Assembly: GCF_000150275.1 (NCBI RefSeq)
Contig: NW_002060950.1
Span: 1,538,106 to 1,602,105, forward strand
DNA length: 64,000 bases
Direction: 5' to 3'
Source of the DNA: Trichoplax adhaerens
Taxonomy: Eukaryota > Animalia > Placozoa
This document shows positions 1-15,785 of this stretch, in pieces. The number at the start of each line of letters is the position of its first letter. Within the stretch, counting starts at the first letter, position 1. Below the pieces are notes generated by a model that had not been told where the DNA came from, did not search any database, and saw nothing but the letters and a program-made list of their open reading frames with translations. Both the position numbers and the translations under genes were made by a program.

Positions 1-333
1 ACGAGCAATCAAGCTACTACATTCTCATCGTTATTGCTATCTAGTATAGACGCAATGTATCGTCGATTTCATCCATTGAACGATGCGGAAATGCAACAGG
101 CTAGGGATACAAGTATCCTGAATTACTAACTTGTCAATACAGTCTCATTGCTGCTTCAACCAATATTACAATTCAATAGTACTTTCCTTGCGAAAGTGAA
201 GAGAATAAACACAAATGCATCTTCATACGCTTTTATCCTGTCATGCAAGCTATGTTGACAAGGATAGAATATACTTGGTTTACAGCTGATAATTACTATT
301 AAACCACTGGCTCTTTTCTTCATTGATGTTAGG

Positions 334-3300
334 TATCTACGATGGCCACATCAAGTTAAGCACCATAGTAGAATTGTTAGGGTAAATATATATAATTCAT
401 ACTATGATTTCACTCCTTTGGTATTGGATATCATGACATTAGTTATTAGAAGGAATAAAGCTATACGTTATGTCACAGGCGAAGTAAGATAATCATGTTT
501 CTTACAGTTTTCTATTATTGTACCTTCATTTTAGACCTTATTTAACAAGTGTAGAACATGAAAAGCGATTACAAGGTATGAAGTTACTCTCGGAAGTCCT
601 GCAAATGTTGTCCATGTATAAAATGCAAGCTACAGAAGGTATGTAACTTTTAGGATATCCGCAGCTAGTCTTCATTAATGAGATAGATGAGGTTAATATC
701 AAATCATTTTCAATATATTAAACATATATACATGACTGCCAATAGTAATGGGAGTAAATCAAGATTAATAAGCAACAACATTTATGATGTATTACGTCTT
801 TGTTCATTCGAACTTTGTCTAATCTATAATGCTAATCTATTCTGATAGAGATACAATATTGATCGACATTATTATTGATAGATTGATGAAACCAATAATA
901 TCTATTTGCCAATCATGTATTCTGTATTTATAAGATAATCTTGTGATGTGGCAAAATAGCATCTGCGTTGATGACTTCAACGTTTCCATAGTCAACTAAT
1001 TTCTTCTTTCTTCTGCGAATGATATAGTCCAGCTGTTAGTCGCATTCTATTCTGATCGATTACAAGATCATTTCTCTATATTGCCTGAAACATTACGTGG
1101 TATACTTGCATTGGTAAGGATGTGCGAATATTTAGATTTATTTTCAGATAATACTTGCTGCACTTAAATAATAGTATTAGTACACAGCATCAGTAGAGAC
1201 TTGTCCGTAAGTTCCTTCATGATAATGATTGACTCCTTATCGAATACAGATATTATACTATACTATGTAGTAAGCATATTATTGATTAACTTGACAGGTA
1301 CAGCATCAAATAATTTCGGAAGAAGATGCTGTTACTATAGTGAAGGGAATATTTAAAGAGGTTCAAAATCAGGTACGCATATCTTCACATACATACTATG
1401 GATTATTCTCTGCATTCCTGCCTTGCATTCACTGTATAAAGAAATTAACTCTTCGAGTTGTAATATCATTTCTTGCTATAATTAATGTTAGGCATTATTA
1501 CAAGCTGACAGAAATAAGGTCTACGCAATTCTAGCTGGATTATTAGATAAACACTATGAAGGTTAATGGTGATAAATTACTTAACTACCTATCTTTGGCG
1601 TAATTTATAGCTACACTACAACTATATTAACGTCTTCACAGGTATCAAAATTATGGATGCAGACTTTGTATTTGGTTATATCCAAGTAATGGACGGTGAA
1701 AAGGTATTAATGTATCATAGAGACTATATGCGATCGCTCTTACAAGACTCTAATTGTATCCTCTCGTCCTTTATGACTAACCATAAGCAATCGTATTAAC
1801 TTACTTTCAAATAATGAATTTCAATTCTGTTTCCGCTCACTTTAGGACCCTAGAAATTTACTGCTTGCTTTAAAAATTGCAAAATTTATAGTCCAAAATT
1901 TCAATATTGGTAAGTGCATGCTGTTACCTCGTTTTTTATTTTAATTTTGCATTATAAAAGCTATATTCCCTTTAAAATAAGCCATCTTTTTCGATTTGTA
2001 ATGAATAGATTTATTTCTGGACGATTTTTTCGAAATTATATCATGCTATTTTCCGATTGATTTTACACCGGTAATGACTTGATATGGAAATATAGTTTAA
2101 TTTTGTTTAGTATGTTGGAATAATATAAATGGTGTTAATAATTCCCATTGGAAACGGTACATGCCGCAAATCTTTTAACTGTAGTTGGGTCTTTATATTG
2201 ACTATTTCACTCATCTAGCCTCCAAATCTACCTAGCAATGAAAATGTAACCAAAGAAGATCTTATTATTGTATTGCGTGAGAGTTTAACATCCACAAGAA
2301 AATTTGCTGGAGTTAGCGAAATTCTTAACATTTCATATTTCAAAGTATTTTAATTTGAATCATGTACGCATTGAATGACATCTTCTTTATTGATTTCAAG
2401 CTTCTCTTGCCAATGTTATTGGATAAGTTGTCGTCGGATGTACAGAGTGCGAAGTTAGACTCCTTACAAACTATGGTTGTAGTTAATATATTCATATCAA
2501 GATCCTTTTTAGGAATCGTTAGCTATATCACTGATATACGTAATTCTTCATTATTACAGATTTCATGTGCCAAAATTTATACTGCAACTGATTTTCAAGA
2601 GTATTTACAACCTATTTGGACGGCTATCCGACAGGAAGTATGTTTATCAAATAGCTACCTCGATAATTTTGCAAACATGTGAAAAATTTATTTATTACCA
2701 TAATGTAGGTTTTTCTCTCTATGGACGATCAAGTTCAGGTAAGGAATGAATAATTACGTAAACAATCGATATTTCATCAACAATTTTGTAATATGAATAG
2801 CTTAAGAATTAATCGATTCAATTTTAGGAACTAAGTTTAGAAGCACTCAAACATGTCGTTGTAACAATATCAAGTAATTCTTTGCAGGTATACACGTATT
2901 TTTGAACATTATACTTACAATAGCATCTTTTTATTGAATTAGATTATACTTTTGTAATATTAAATATAGCAGCCCGATCAAGACCCTCTCAATGACTTTA
3001 TAAATATGATAGTAACAGGTATAAAATGTTGATGTTAGCTTGTGATAATTGTAGCTGTTATGTTATCTGCTGTTATGCTTGCAATTAGAAACTCAGCAGT
3101 ACTTGCAAGATCCTGAATTAAAGCTTGCCAATCCTTGCGGAAATGTTTTGAATGCGGTAGCTTCCGCATCAGGTATATCGAAAAGCATAGGAATATCCAA
3201 TTAAATTATGTGTGATATACAACTGTGCTAGCTGAAACTTATATTTTTAAAATATGATATCGTAGATCGTTCGTGTTACTCGATATTAACTCCAATCATA

Positions 3301-6300
3301 CCGCGCTTGGTAAATTTGTATAGCACGGATAAGACGGTACGCTACGCTATTGCTCTTTCTTGTCATACATTTACATGGCTTTTAAAATATGCTACATGAG
3401 TTTAATGAGATATTTATCAACGATCGACAAATAATGTTTTGTTAATAAATTAGGTAATCTTTCGATGTAAAGTTCTTGATATCCTTATAAAATTATTAAA
3501 TGCCGCAGCTAATTGCCAACTATCAGGTATGAAATTGAATGTATACATACTAAGTACAGATCTATCCAAATTACGTAATGGTCATATAGATACATCGAAT
3601 ATTAAATTCTTTCTTATAGAACAATTTATAGCCCCGATGGATTGGCACGAAATAGTAAAATTACTCCAATTAGCTATGGATACTTCAGAGGAGGATATTC
3701 GACTTCGTGTCACTGCTTCCTTTTCTATTCTTATCCAAATTAAAGATGCTTTACCAGCTGACGAGGTTAGGTTTTATGCCCTGAACTGCCTAATAATTAA
3801 TTGACATGAAGCATGCTCATTTGATAATGATATACAGCAAAATCTAATTACTTGTATTTCATCTATTATATAAAATTATTACTGTAGATTGAGAGAATTA
3901 GTAATGATATACTAAAACGCGCACTTGAAGACCCATCCAGTATCGTTAGGTAAATTTTTGCATGGATAAATATACTGTCCATGAATATGTGTAAGTTAAT
4001 CAATTAAATACTGCAATAACCTAATCAATGGAATTATGTTAATTAAATATAATTGATAGACATGGTAGTATATCGACATTGGCTACAATTGCTTCCGTGC
4101 TACCTGACGTTATCATTACTACAGTTATCCCTTACATCAGAACCAGTGGTAAATAATAAGATAGATAATACCATAAATAATTGTGAATTGAGGTCGTATA
4201 TCCAATAAACAATGATGAAATGTGCTCTTTTTCCTTGTTGTCATTTTAAAACGCTTAAGGTGTAGATGAATCGTTTTACAATATCCTAGCGGTGACTTCA
4301 TTACATTTGAATGTAATGAAAGAAAGTATTCCCATGTTAATCCAAATGGCTCTTAACTCCATGAAAAGTACGTTGTACTCGTTTTAGCTGGCCAATTTTT
4401 GAAAGCTTGTTATTAACATTTATCCGTGTACCAAATTTCATCACCTCATACTGTGAGGAAAAAGTAAATAAGTATTTGGGTTGAAAAGAGCAATAATCAT
4501 TACAACACATTTTCTAATATTTAGCTAATGAAGATAGCCTGCATTCAACATTCGAAGCGCTTCACAAAATCACCGAATGTTTGTAACATCTTTTACGGTT
4601 TTGAACATTCTTTTACAGTTACTAATTTGCAGCTACTTTTGCAATGTTTAGCTAATGTTAAAAACCGTATCGAAAATTGTCTGTACCTCTACCATTATTT
4701 ATTCGATGACATTCTATGGCTTTGTGTATACAATTCTTTAGAAGGTTAGCGAACAGTTATTAATTATTGTAGCTAAAACTTATCCTAAAAATGTTATATA
4801 AATTAGATATTTTTATCCTATTCTGATATATATAGAATCAATTAACAGCTTCGAATTCAAAACGATTAAAATTATCGCTAGCATTGGCCAACTAATTTAC
4901 CTTAATCTTGATGAAAGGTATGTATATATTTAAGCGAAAGATAGTATTGTTACTGCTACAATGGCTATAAGATTTCTTAGAGAATTATGCAAATAATATG
5001 TTTTTCATTTTATAGTTCTCAAAAGAAGTTCATAGATAACTTGCTTGAGTTATTCATGAATGGTCAAGTTTCCGTACTTAAACCCATGACAGTTATCGAT
5101 GAGCTACCCTTAAAACAATTTTATCCACTAAATGTAGCGTCGTCTCAGCGACAAGTGCAATTAATTGAAATATTGTGTAAAATATTAGGAGCAATTAAAT
5201 TTAGAGTAAGTCTGCGTAGCTAACAAATTAATCGCTGTATTTCTTATCAAAACACGGAAAAAAGTCATATCATCTAACTAATTAAAAGAAAATTACTCAT
5301 ACTATCATTTTAGGATGGAATTTTAAGCCCTAATGACATGATTACTAATTTATTGGATATATCCTGTAAAAGTGTACATCAACCTTCAGCTACCTCTGCC
5401 GCACAACTTCTCTCATCTATCATCAATAAAATGGAGGAAGGTAATAGTACTCAAGTATACAGTCTTAAATTATGCTATTTTACTTACCTAATTACTTTTC
5501 TTAGGAGATCAACTTGAAAATTATATCAAAAGTATTACCAATACAATTTGCAATGTGCTATATAGTAAAAATGTTGAAACGGAAATGAAAAATGCTGTAA
5601 ACACTTGGATTTGGGTAATATTGTGACCTTTGATACGTTTATTTTAATCGATCAAATTTAGATGTTTGCTATACTGTGTCGATATTCGTGCTCTTTGTTT
5701 CATTATTCTAATTTCGATATTAAAACATCGTTTGATGCATCTTTCCAGTTAATGAAAGCTTTAATTATGCGCAGTCATCCGTATTCAAATGAAGCTTTAA
5801 TACAAGTAAACATTCGTCGTAGATTTTGTTTCTTTAAATTATGTTATTATTATTATGATACTTGTAATAGATATTCACTATTTAACATATAAATTTATGT
5901 ATTGTTTAGGTGTTAAAGTTCTTCAAATTGCCAAATGTCGGACATGTTGCCTCAGCAGGCTTTAAAATCATTATTGGCGACGAGGAAAATATTCTTTGCG
6001 AAAGCACGAATGCTATTGTCAAGGTAAAGATAAGCTTAAAACTTTTCATACGCCATTGATCTATTTTTATATACTATAGTACCAAATTCACTATCACACA
6101 GTCTAAATTGATATCCGTTTAACTTTGTGTACTGTACTAGTTTATGTATAAAAATCGATTTTTCATGATGGCATCAGAAAAATTAATGGAAAATTACCGT
6201 ATCGCTTCAAAAGGTAATTACCATAACTATTGCATTTACCGTACTTTAGTATTACTCTCATTTATTGAGGCTAACAAAAGTTAATCTAATTCATTTACTA

Positions 6301-7218
6301 GGTATTAAACACCATTACTTAACGGCTTTATCTCATTTGCTTAATGGTGTGCCAAAGCAAATGTTACTAAATCATCTTCAAATGGTAAGTCTCTCCAATA
6401 AGTACGGTAATAATTTTAGGGATTTGCAAAATCTTCATAAATGAGGTCTAAACAAGTAAGAAGTCGTAACTTTTGAAAAAATAAATATACTGCCTTATAT
6501 ATTTAAGTTAATGCCGTTGCTTGTTGAATCTGTGAGTTGCGACGAAGAGTCACTTCGCCTTTCGTCTTTGCAAACATTACGACCGTTAATAACTGAAGCT
6601 CCTGACATTATCTCCAACTATGTTGCTTCGATGTTGCCTGAGCTCTTGAAATTATGTAACTTTCCGTCCTCCATGGTGATGCTTATGATATTACTTAAAT
6701 TACTGTATTTTTTAGCTTTGTTAGGATTGCTAAAACTCGTTATTACTGTGACTGCTTTCTGACTAATTTACTCTTGTAGAAAATCCGAATATCTGCTCTT
6801 CAATCTGTTAACGATTTAGCTTCCCTTCCAATCCACTTGGTTAGCAACACAGCATAGTAAACTTAAGAATAGTTTTTGACGAAATTAATTGTAAATTTAT
6901 AATTCAATAAAGCTGTACTATCATTAGTTATCTCCGATCTTAATTTTGATTTTAATACTCAGTAAATTTCTTTTTATTAGGTCGTTCCTTACAAATCTAA
7001 AGTTATAAATGAATTGGGTAATACTGTCAATGATAAAAAGAGATTGGTTAGACTAGAAGCTGTGAAATGCAGAAATAACTGGTAAAAATTGCTATAATGC
7101 ATGATACAAAGACAGTAATACTTATCAAATCAATCTATATCTTGTCTGTAAAAAAAAGGACTACAATTGCATCAACTAAATTTTTTAATTCATTTTCTGC
7201 TGTAGGTTTTTACTGTAA
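334..7218 (+). CDS. MMS19: MMS19 cytosolic Fe-S assembly (CIA) targeting HEAT-repeat protein, multi-exon; first coding exon not securely identified
   Basis: Spliced exons give IKLSTIVELLG-PYLTS, FYSDRLQDH, FVFGYIQVMDGEKDPRNLLLAL, FEIISCYFPIDFTPP, LLPMLLDKLSSDVQSAK, WIW-LMKALIMRSHP and FMYKNRFF. The C-terminus is NDKKRLVRLEAVKCRNNW-FLL* (TAA 7216-7218). All match MMS19 family motifs. Confidence 0.93.
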
Positions 7219-9041
7219 TCAATCCAAAAAAGCAACAATGATGAAAAAATATTGATAAGAAACTAAATAATAAATATCGTAGAAAAGATAGGCTATACCA
7301 CCTAATGAAAAATGATTGTATTGGTTTGGTAATCACAATTATTTCAATGACATTCTTATGCTCTAATTCCCTTAATGTCTAGCCGAATTATACATGTTAT
7401 ATATTATGATGAATGAACCAATAATACCATTATAAACCACCTACTGTGAATGATTAATCTAGCTACGTTAGAATCATGTATTAATAGGGAATAGTTAACG
7501 TAGTAAACAATTGATCGCATTCCATGATATTGTTTTAATGAAATGATCACGCAAAGGAATTATAGTGATGAACAGAGAATAATGATTGTAATTTGACTGT
7601 CTTAAAGTTCTACCAAATCTATATTATTATTATTTACTTGAATTTTTCTTAGCGCCTGTCAACGTCGAAATGTCATATAACGGCGATTGTAGCATACAAA
7701 CTCATCAACTGTTAATGACCATCAGTAATTTTTTGTTATATAATTTTAACTCACGATTTTATTAACATTTATAACGAATAATGAAATTATGTACGAACAG
7801 AAGCCGAAGTGATTTGCAGTGTTCCAATAGCGTTATTCATATCATAGGGTGAAATAGTGAGTCACCGCAAAGAACATAAACAAACTCTGAGGTTATTTCT
7901 CTAATAAAGTTCTCATTCAAACTAATCCTAGAGAAAAAGAGAGAATAACTGCCATATTGTATCGAGATATTTAAACATTTTCTATCGCGAACAAGCATCT
8001 TTAAACAAGCACAAACGCGCCTGGTACATCTGTAGTATGATACTTCAACCATTATAATGAATAACTATTGTAGAAAAATGTGCTATGTACGTAAATTAAA
8101 ATCCAGTAAGAAATAGCCATTAAAGGTTACATTTCGATTTTATAATCAAATAACACGTAACTATTAAACTTAGACAAATTTATAGTTGATGTTATTGAAC
8201 ATGGTAGGTATCATTAATTGCGAAAGTTAAGAGTTAGAGAAATTTTATAGGTAATAGAATATATAGAATAATGTATGGAAAGGATCGTCATCAGTACAGT
8301 ATAAAGATAAATTTAGGATCACAGACAGCATATGAATATAGTTAGGGTACGCAAATAAATCATTGACGTTGTAAACTTTGTAACGTTACTGTTAATTAAA
8401 ATACTAAATTCTATAAGATAGTTCACAGATATTTTGTCAAACAAAGTTAACGCAAATTCAAAAAATTGTAACTTTCATATAAAATCGATTGATGAAATAT
8501 TACAAATTTTCAAGATGCTTGAGGTAAAATAATTAATTACATTTACATGAAATAATAAGGATGATGACGACATTACAACTTACAGTAAAAAAAAAACGAA
8601 AAAAAGCAAGCACTAACAATAACAGCAAGTATAGTATTGCAATTATCTTTACCTCTTTTTCTATTAATTATCTTGGTTAACTAACTTATAGTCAGCTAGA
8701 AATTGATAAACCAACTCGGAAGTTGAGATTCTGGTAAAGACTACTTTACCGACAAATTATAATCTTTGTAAATGCTTTAGGTTGTCAATACGCAGCCATA
8801 AAATACAGCAATACTGTTTCTAATAGGACTATCATATAGCACATTTACACATATGGGCAAACTACTTGTTACTGTTATATCCTACAGGCAAATAAATGTA
8901 CTAGTTATTTCTTTTATATCTTTTACATCACATAATTCTTCAATGCAAGAAGTCCAAGTATGAAAAATTGCAATTTGGACGGCAACTTTCCATCACTTCT
9001 ACGGTATTTTTCAGTCAAAAAAATTGGAATTCTACCATGCT

Positions 9042-12000
9042 TTATGATCGACTCGAAGCTATAACATGAAATAAATACTTTGATTAGAAGGAAACATATC
9101 TAATAAATTATGACTAATTAAAGTTATACCGCTACCTACAACTGATGAGATTACATAATAAAATATACCATTTATTACCCGGAATGATAATATTAAAATT
9201 GAATTATAACATAGACATTGATTCTGTAATGCAGGCTTCGGATTGTGTAGAAACTAATATTTATTTGACTTAATTTTTAAAAATACTACAATACTACATC
9301 CTATTTTACTGGCTTGCTTACTAAGTGTAAAGAAAGACAATATAATCATACCTCTTAATGAAAAGCCTTTACTTTTTCTCCCTTCATCTTCCTTTCGTTT
9401 TTCGTTATCGTTAGATATATAAGCCTGCTGTTGCTGATGATATTCCATTGTTCGCCAATTTCCAATTCCTCCTTTCGACTTTTTGTTATCCTCATCTTTA
9501 CGCTTGTCGCCATCACCAGCAGCTGCTCCAGAAGAAAATTGCTGGTATTCACCTCGCACACCAGATAACAACTTTATTTTTCGATTTTCTTCTTCCTTTC
9601 TCTTGTCAGTTTCTCCACTCGTAGTAGGATTAAGCTGTTGAGATGATTGCAGATGAGCTTGTTGTGTCGAGGTATTTTGCACAGATTTCCTATGTGGTTG
9701 CATTTCTTGTTGTTGTTTTTGCTTCAGTATTGTCCAGTCGAAGACAAAATCATATTGATGATTGAGTGTTTTAAACAGGATTCGAAATAACTGACGCAGG
9801 TACATATAGTCCGGTGGTTCCTCGAATCTTAGGCCACGACAGTAATTAAGATACATTGCAAATTCTGTTGGATATCCCTAAAGCATTAACCATAATTTAG
9901 TTATATATACGACATGTACAAATTAACGATTCACATATACATTTATGTATCATATTCAGATAAGTCAAAAACAAAAATAAAAACGTAGCGGGGTAACAAA
10001 GTCAATGTTATAGTAGAGAGTATTTATAAAAAAATTAACAATAATAATAGCATAATGAGATGACAATCATTTATGCGACATAAATGTACAGTAACTCACT
10101 TTGCATAAAACTTCGATAGGCGTTGACATTTTTTTCTCGCTGATTTTTTCATACTTTTGCCTTTTAGTAGCAGCTTTCAATCCTTGCCACGGTAAACTAG
10201 ATCGATTGAAGTACATTAAAACGTAGCCCAACGATTCCATATCATCACGACGCCTAAAAAATAATAAGAAATATCAAATTATTCAGAATACGATGATATT
10301 TTTCTACAGCTTTTTATATGATAAAGTGATATGACAGTAACGTAATGGTGCTGATTACTGTCGTACTTCTAAAATTTAAAGTAAGTTAACTTTGTACATC
10401 AAAATTACGAGTGCAGTAAAAGTTGGATAACTTACGATTGCTCAATACCCAAATGGGCATTTATGCTTGCATAACGAGCGGTTCCAGTAAGATTTTTGTC
10501 TTCGCGATATTGGATGTGAGCCCGTGATCGACTATCGCGATATTTTTTAGCCAAGCCGTAATCGATAATATATAGCTTGTTCGCATTACGTCCGCAGCCC
10601 ATAAGAAAATTGTCCGGCTTAATGTCACGATGGATAAAGTTTTTGTTATGGATAAATTCAATTCGTCCAATCATCTACAATGACAATAATAATATTTTTT
10701 AGGAATCAAAGCTAGAAAAATTAACTTATCGCATAGCAAAACTGTGATAATCCATTTATGGTAGTAGGATTAGAATAATCGATCGGTTTCATGGTACAAT
10801 GTTTAAACGAAGTCAACGACAATCTTTTGAGAGTATTAAATACTGTAGCTATTTTCAGATATAATCGTAATTATATAGTAGAAAACTATAATACCATAAT
10901 TATTAAACTAATGAATTCTACAGTGTAGATCTATCTAGTATATAAAGCTAAAGGATTTGTCTGGCAGCAGTTTAAATACCGTTGCAAGGTAATGAACATC
11001 ATTTGATGTCAACTTGGTCCAATTAATCAGCATTTAATTACCTTCTACAGTACATCCAGTTTTGACATTTAACTACTTAGATTATACGAATATACTCCAC
11101 AGTACTGATGCGATTTTAGTATTGCTACAATCGCTATCCGGCTTATAATAATTTTTTTACCGCGTGTATAGTTATTTCATCGAACCCTAAAGTATTGACT
11201 ATTGCTATCTAAAATGTATAAGTAGATTTTCGACGTTCGCCTAGCATCACTTCTCACCTGATCTGCTAACATCAATACGGTTTTCATCGTAAACTTTCTT
11301 TGACAGTAATTGAATAAATCTTCCAAACTAGGACCCAATAAATCGATGACCAAAACGTTAAAATCTTTTTCTTGGCCATACCACCTACAAAATTGAAATT
11401 CAGGACAGTATTAGTAAGCATCTTTAAGTTAGCCCATTCATGATTTTATACGAGTACATGAATTTCTTATTTTCTTTCCTTTAATATCTGCTACTCATCT
11501 AATATTCTACTCGCTAATGAAAACAGTATAACGTACTACAGAGTAAAACTTTAGAAAGTTATAATTCTTTTTTCAAGACTCTTAATCAGTGATATCAGAA
11601 AACATTGTCTAACACTTTACTAATATTCACGAAATAGATTCAATTTCATTAAGGTTTTCGCTTTCATCACAGTCAAATATTTTTATAGTAATAACTTCAT
11701 TTGAAATTTTTATAAGAGATTACATCCTATAGTATCGTACAATTTAGAAGAATTATTCGTAAATACTATTGTTCGTATTCTTGTAGATTTAAGGCAGTTA
11801 TTTTAAGACTGTTGATTGATTATTTGATGAATGTAAGAAGCAGCCATATAGTAATTGTAATTGCTCAAGTTAAGATAATACTATTTTTAAGAATATCTCA
11901 CGACTAGAGTTCTTTCATTTCAGTCAGATTAAGGTAATGGAAAAATAGTTGCTAATTTAATCGATATCATCATCACTTCGATTGTTCTTTCGCTTCACTC

Positions 12001-14859
12001 TTCCGAATGTAGTAGCAATTTTGTGCCGAACAGTACTAACGATGAAGAGTATGAAATATTTACTGTAAACCAATACCAAAAATTACTGACCTACTGCTAT
12101 ACCGTACATGCCTTAGTTCTTTAAGTTATATTAATTTGATCTGCTGATGTAATGTAACAGTAATAAAAATATTCATAAGTTTTACCATATTAGGTAAAAT
12201 AGGTGACTATGCACTGTTCAACGGCTATAGTAGTGTAGTTAACACGGAGCTATTTCATTGTTGTCCGATGAAAAAGTAACAACATTAAAAAATTATCCCA
12301 ATGACTGATAGACTAGTGTAAATCCCTTTCTTTTCGCTCAGGTTCAATAAGCAACCTAGACTACCGCAGAATATTAGTACTGCATAGGTATACTGTAGCT
12401 TTAACAAGGATGAAATGTAGAAGTGGTAATGTCTGTGTAATTTTTTCAATTCATCGCAATTTATTAATTGATCAACTAATTAGAATAAATATTGTCAAGA
12501 TAACTGCACAACCGTACGTGTAGTGAAAAAAATAATCATAAGAAGGTAAATGCGAGAGCGTAGCGAAGACGAATTCAATGATATACAGTAATTAAAATGT
12601 TGTCTTATTCAAGTACTGTAAGTCCGTGTAGGACGATAATATCAAAGCAAGAAAGTACTTTTCCTGCCGGTCTTCCAATTGTGTACTGCGTTAGTATATG
12701 TATTACTTAAGATTTAGTATCGTCTCTCCGAAACTATGGATAAAAAATCAAATGTGCCACTACGTTACAGTATTAAACATATATCTTCCCCATGAGGATT
12801 ATAGAGAATTTGCTAATTACTCTAAACTCACCGCTGTATTACAGTAGCCTATTCGGCTAATAACAAATGTTGGCGATGGCTAAGATATCGAATAGTAAAG
12901 TTAATACTGTATTAGAAACTATCTGAAGTCGACGGAGATTATACGGTGTACACATGTAAATAATGTCTGATTACATGCAGGTCAGCAACTTCAAAAATTC
13001 ACGGTGATTGAAAAATTAGTGTAGCTATCATCGCATTTAGCAAGAAGACTGTTTTTCATTTCAAACGACAACAAGCTCACGAGTCACCACCATCAACAAA
13101 AATCTCCGTTACTATTACTAAAATTGATAAATAGTTATTCCAAGTTGATTGCTCACGCCGCACACCTTGGATGAATATCGGCATCAACGATGGAGTCTGT
13201 TTTTAGGCTCCTGACTAGTGTATTGTAACCCCACTACGACTAAACATTTAATCCGATTGAAAGCGCTACATAAAATCCGAATCCGATCCGAAAATTGTAT
13301 TGACCACTTTAACGATATCGATTAACGTTAATAATAAAGAAAGAAATCACTACCTACAGTAGCTTTTGCAAAACTTGGATCAAAACTATTGTCCTTGATA
13401 TGACAGTATTGTTTCTCTTTTAATAAAGTTATTTTCAGCTGCACGAAGGTTATATGGTAACACGATCATGCGAGAAAAAACACCGTGTACCGTAAATGGT
13501 TTGTTCAATTTAGCCTGATAGGTGTACCGTAGCGAAGTAACTTTATAGCGCAGTCAAGTGCAGAACAGTATAGTTTTCAGAGATATCTTATATGACAACG
13601 TCCAAAAAATGGAAAAAATACTACTGCACTTGTATGGCGGTAATGGAATTTTAAATAGATGATGACAAAAATTTTAAAATACAACATTATATCGTGAAGG
13701 CTTTGCGAACGCAGTCTTTTAGTATCGCGAATCCTCCAGTACTGTACGAGTACTAGAGGAGAGTATTTTGTAGTCATACGTTATCTTTTATCCTAATCAG
13801 TATTATTTTAGACAGTTCTCAGTGGAATTCAAAAAATTTTTTATCATGTCAGTACGGCAATCAAGCTCAGTTTGGAGTAAGAAATATTCACGTAGTAATC
13901 GAATTTTTATGGATAGAACATGTACCTAATTCTAGTCGTGTGCGATATACTGTACATGGCGAAAGGCACTGCAAAGGCAGAGGATAAATAGATCATCTTT
14001 GACTAACCTTAAACGGGGAATACCAACTCCACTTTGAAAAACTTTATACAGCTTAGCTTCGTATAACAATTGTGGATGGCGTGCACGAATAGATTCCAAT
14101 TTGACGGCTACCTCCTACAGAAGAACGCATATCAAAAGATGAAAATAGATGTTGGTCAAAAGGTTGAACCATTTTTTTTTAGGAAGGGGGAAGCTAGCAT
14201 TTTGGACATTTCTGTCCATACGTCAGTTACATAGAGTCTGTTTTTTACCACTGGGAACGTCCACTTTGCAGCAATACGGACAGGCAAACATCTCTTTCTA
14301 CGCGAACTGTTCAACTAAGATTAAACTAATAAGCTTGAGCTTGTTTGCGATTATCATTTTACTCCTTATCTACACACTGGTATTACCAATATCCTACGGG
14401 AAAACATTTTCTACTCATAGAATTGGAAGATGACAAAAAATATCAACAAGATTCAAGACGCAGAGTACAACGTCATTACCATTGTACGGTTACTACTGTA
14501 TGTACTATACGGGAATAGTCCGTACTACGGACAGATGTTGAGAGTTGCACTAGGTTGAAAAGTAAAGTTCAACAATTCATTTTTAGTGAATATAAAAGTC
14601 ATGTAGTCTTGAATCTAATCAAGAAAAACAAGTGGTGATATTGGCTAGTCTATCGTCAGTGAAATTTTTAAAGCAATTTTTATTCCAGTTGGGAATCGCC
14701 AGTGGGGCATTGTAGACGTTGACTTACCTCGCCATTCGTAATATTGACTGCTTTATAAATTTCACCAAAAGATCCACTGCCAATTTTTTGCAATAATTTA
14801 TACTTTCCACCAACAACAAATTCCCCACGAATAGGGTTCGATCGCGAGCTACTGCTCAT
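9042..14859 (-). CDS. CSNK1A1: Casein kinase I alpha, 7 coding exons, extended C-terminal tail
   Basis: ATG at 14859. Motifs [107 protein letters not shown] and [22 protein letters not shown] are CK1-alpha-type. The last small exon 9058-9042 (ASSRS*) is inferred from splice signals. Confidence 0.95.
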
Positions 14860-15059
14860 CTTGAAAGTCTGTATAGGGCACTCCAACTAATGGCTGCCTA
14901 GATTAACTTGTTGAAAGTAAACTTCAATGAAGGGAAAAAAATTCTTTCACCGCTAATTCCTTCCTACTCACTACCTCTCTCGTCTTTGTGAAGAAAAATA
15001 CCTTGGTACTGAAGCTAGTCGTGCAAGTCGACCGTCTTGGGGTTGTCACATCACCAAGT

Positions 15060-15720
15060 GACACACTACAGTACGTCAACTACAGTACTGTACAATAACG
15101 CAAAGTCCGCCACACTTCACTGCAGTGCACTGTTCGGGACAGTACTCGGGTAAATAGGCTAATAATGAAGAAATTAATAATTATTATTATTCTTATGATC
15201 ATTATTATCACTAATAAATATTATTATTATTATATTATTATTATTAATTAATTAATAGGGTTACCTCTGGTCACACTAGTCAAGTCAAACGAATGACACA
15301 GTAAGTACAGTACTGTACTGTACTGTACAGTACAGTCTCCGTTAGCTGATTCATTTGACGCCTTTGGCGACGTTGATATGACATACGGTACACTTACGTA
15401 CAAACTACACCACCTGTATGGTACCGTACTGTACTGTACACTGTACTGTATGGTACCGTAGTTCCTCAAGCCTGCATTTCCTACAGTACATTGTATTGTA
15501 GCTGATCGGACGATACCTTTCACCACTCTGTTGTTACCACCAAGCCTGTTAGTCTGTTACGCCTGTTATTTAGGCTGTTGCTGTAGTGACGATTGTAAAC
15601 TATAAACGTAAACGAAGAATCCCTTTTACAGTAGCATCTCAAAGGCATCTACCAATCGACTGTTCTCAATACATAATGTGTACAGTATACTGGACTGTAT
15701 ACTGTACTGTATACTGTCGC
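15060..15720. repeat. TACAG/CTGTA tracts and (TTA)n-rich stretch upstream of CK1-alpha
   Basis: TACAGTACTGTAC at ~15081, GTACAGTACTGTACTGTACTGTACAGTACAG at ~15305, further tracts at ~15420-15460 and ~15680-15715, and a TTA-rich run at ~15175-15255. Confidence 0.8.
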
Positions 15721-15785
15721 CTATTAGCTTCTATGAGGGTACATGAGTTACTTGTAGAACTCCACAGTGACGTTGTATCCATCCT

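Noticed and set aside
55-333. ATG at 55 plus a U12-like donor GTATCCTG at 113 as MMS19 exon 1
   Set aside because: It is phase-compatible, but the peptide is not recognisably MMS19 and no properly placed U12 branch site precedes the acceptor at 333. Left unresolved.
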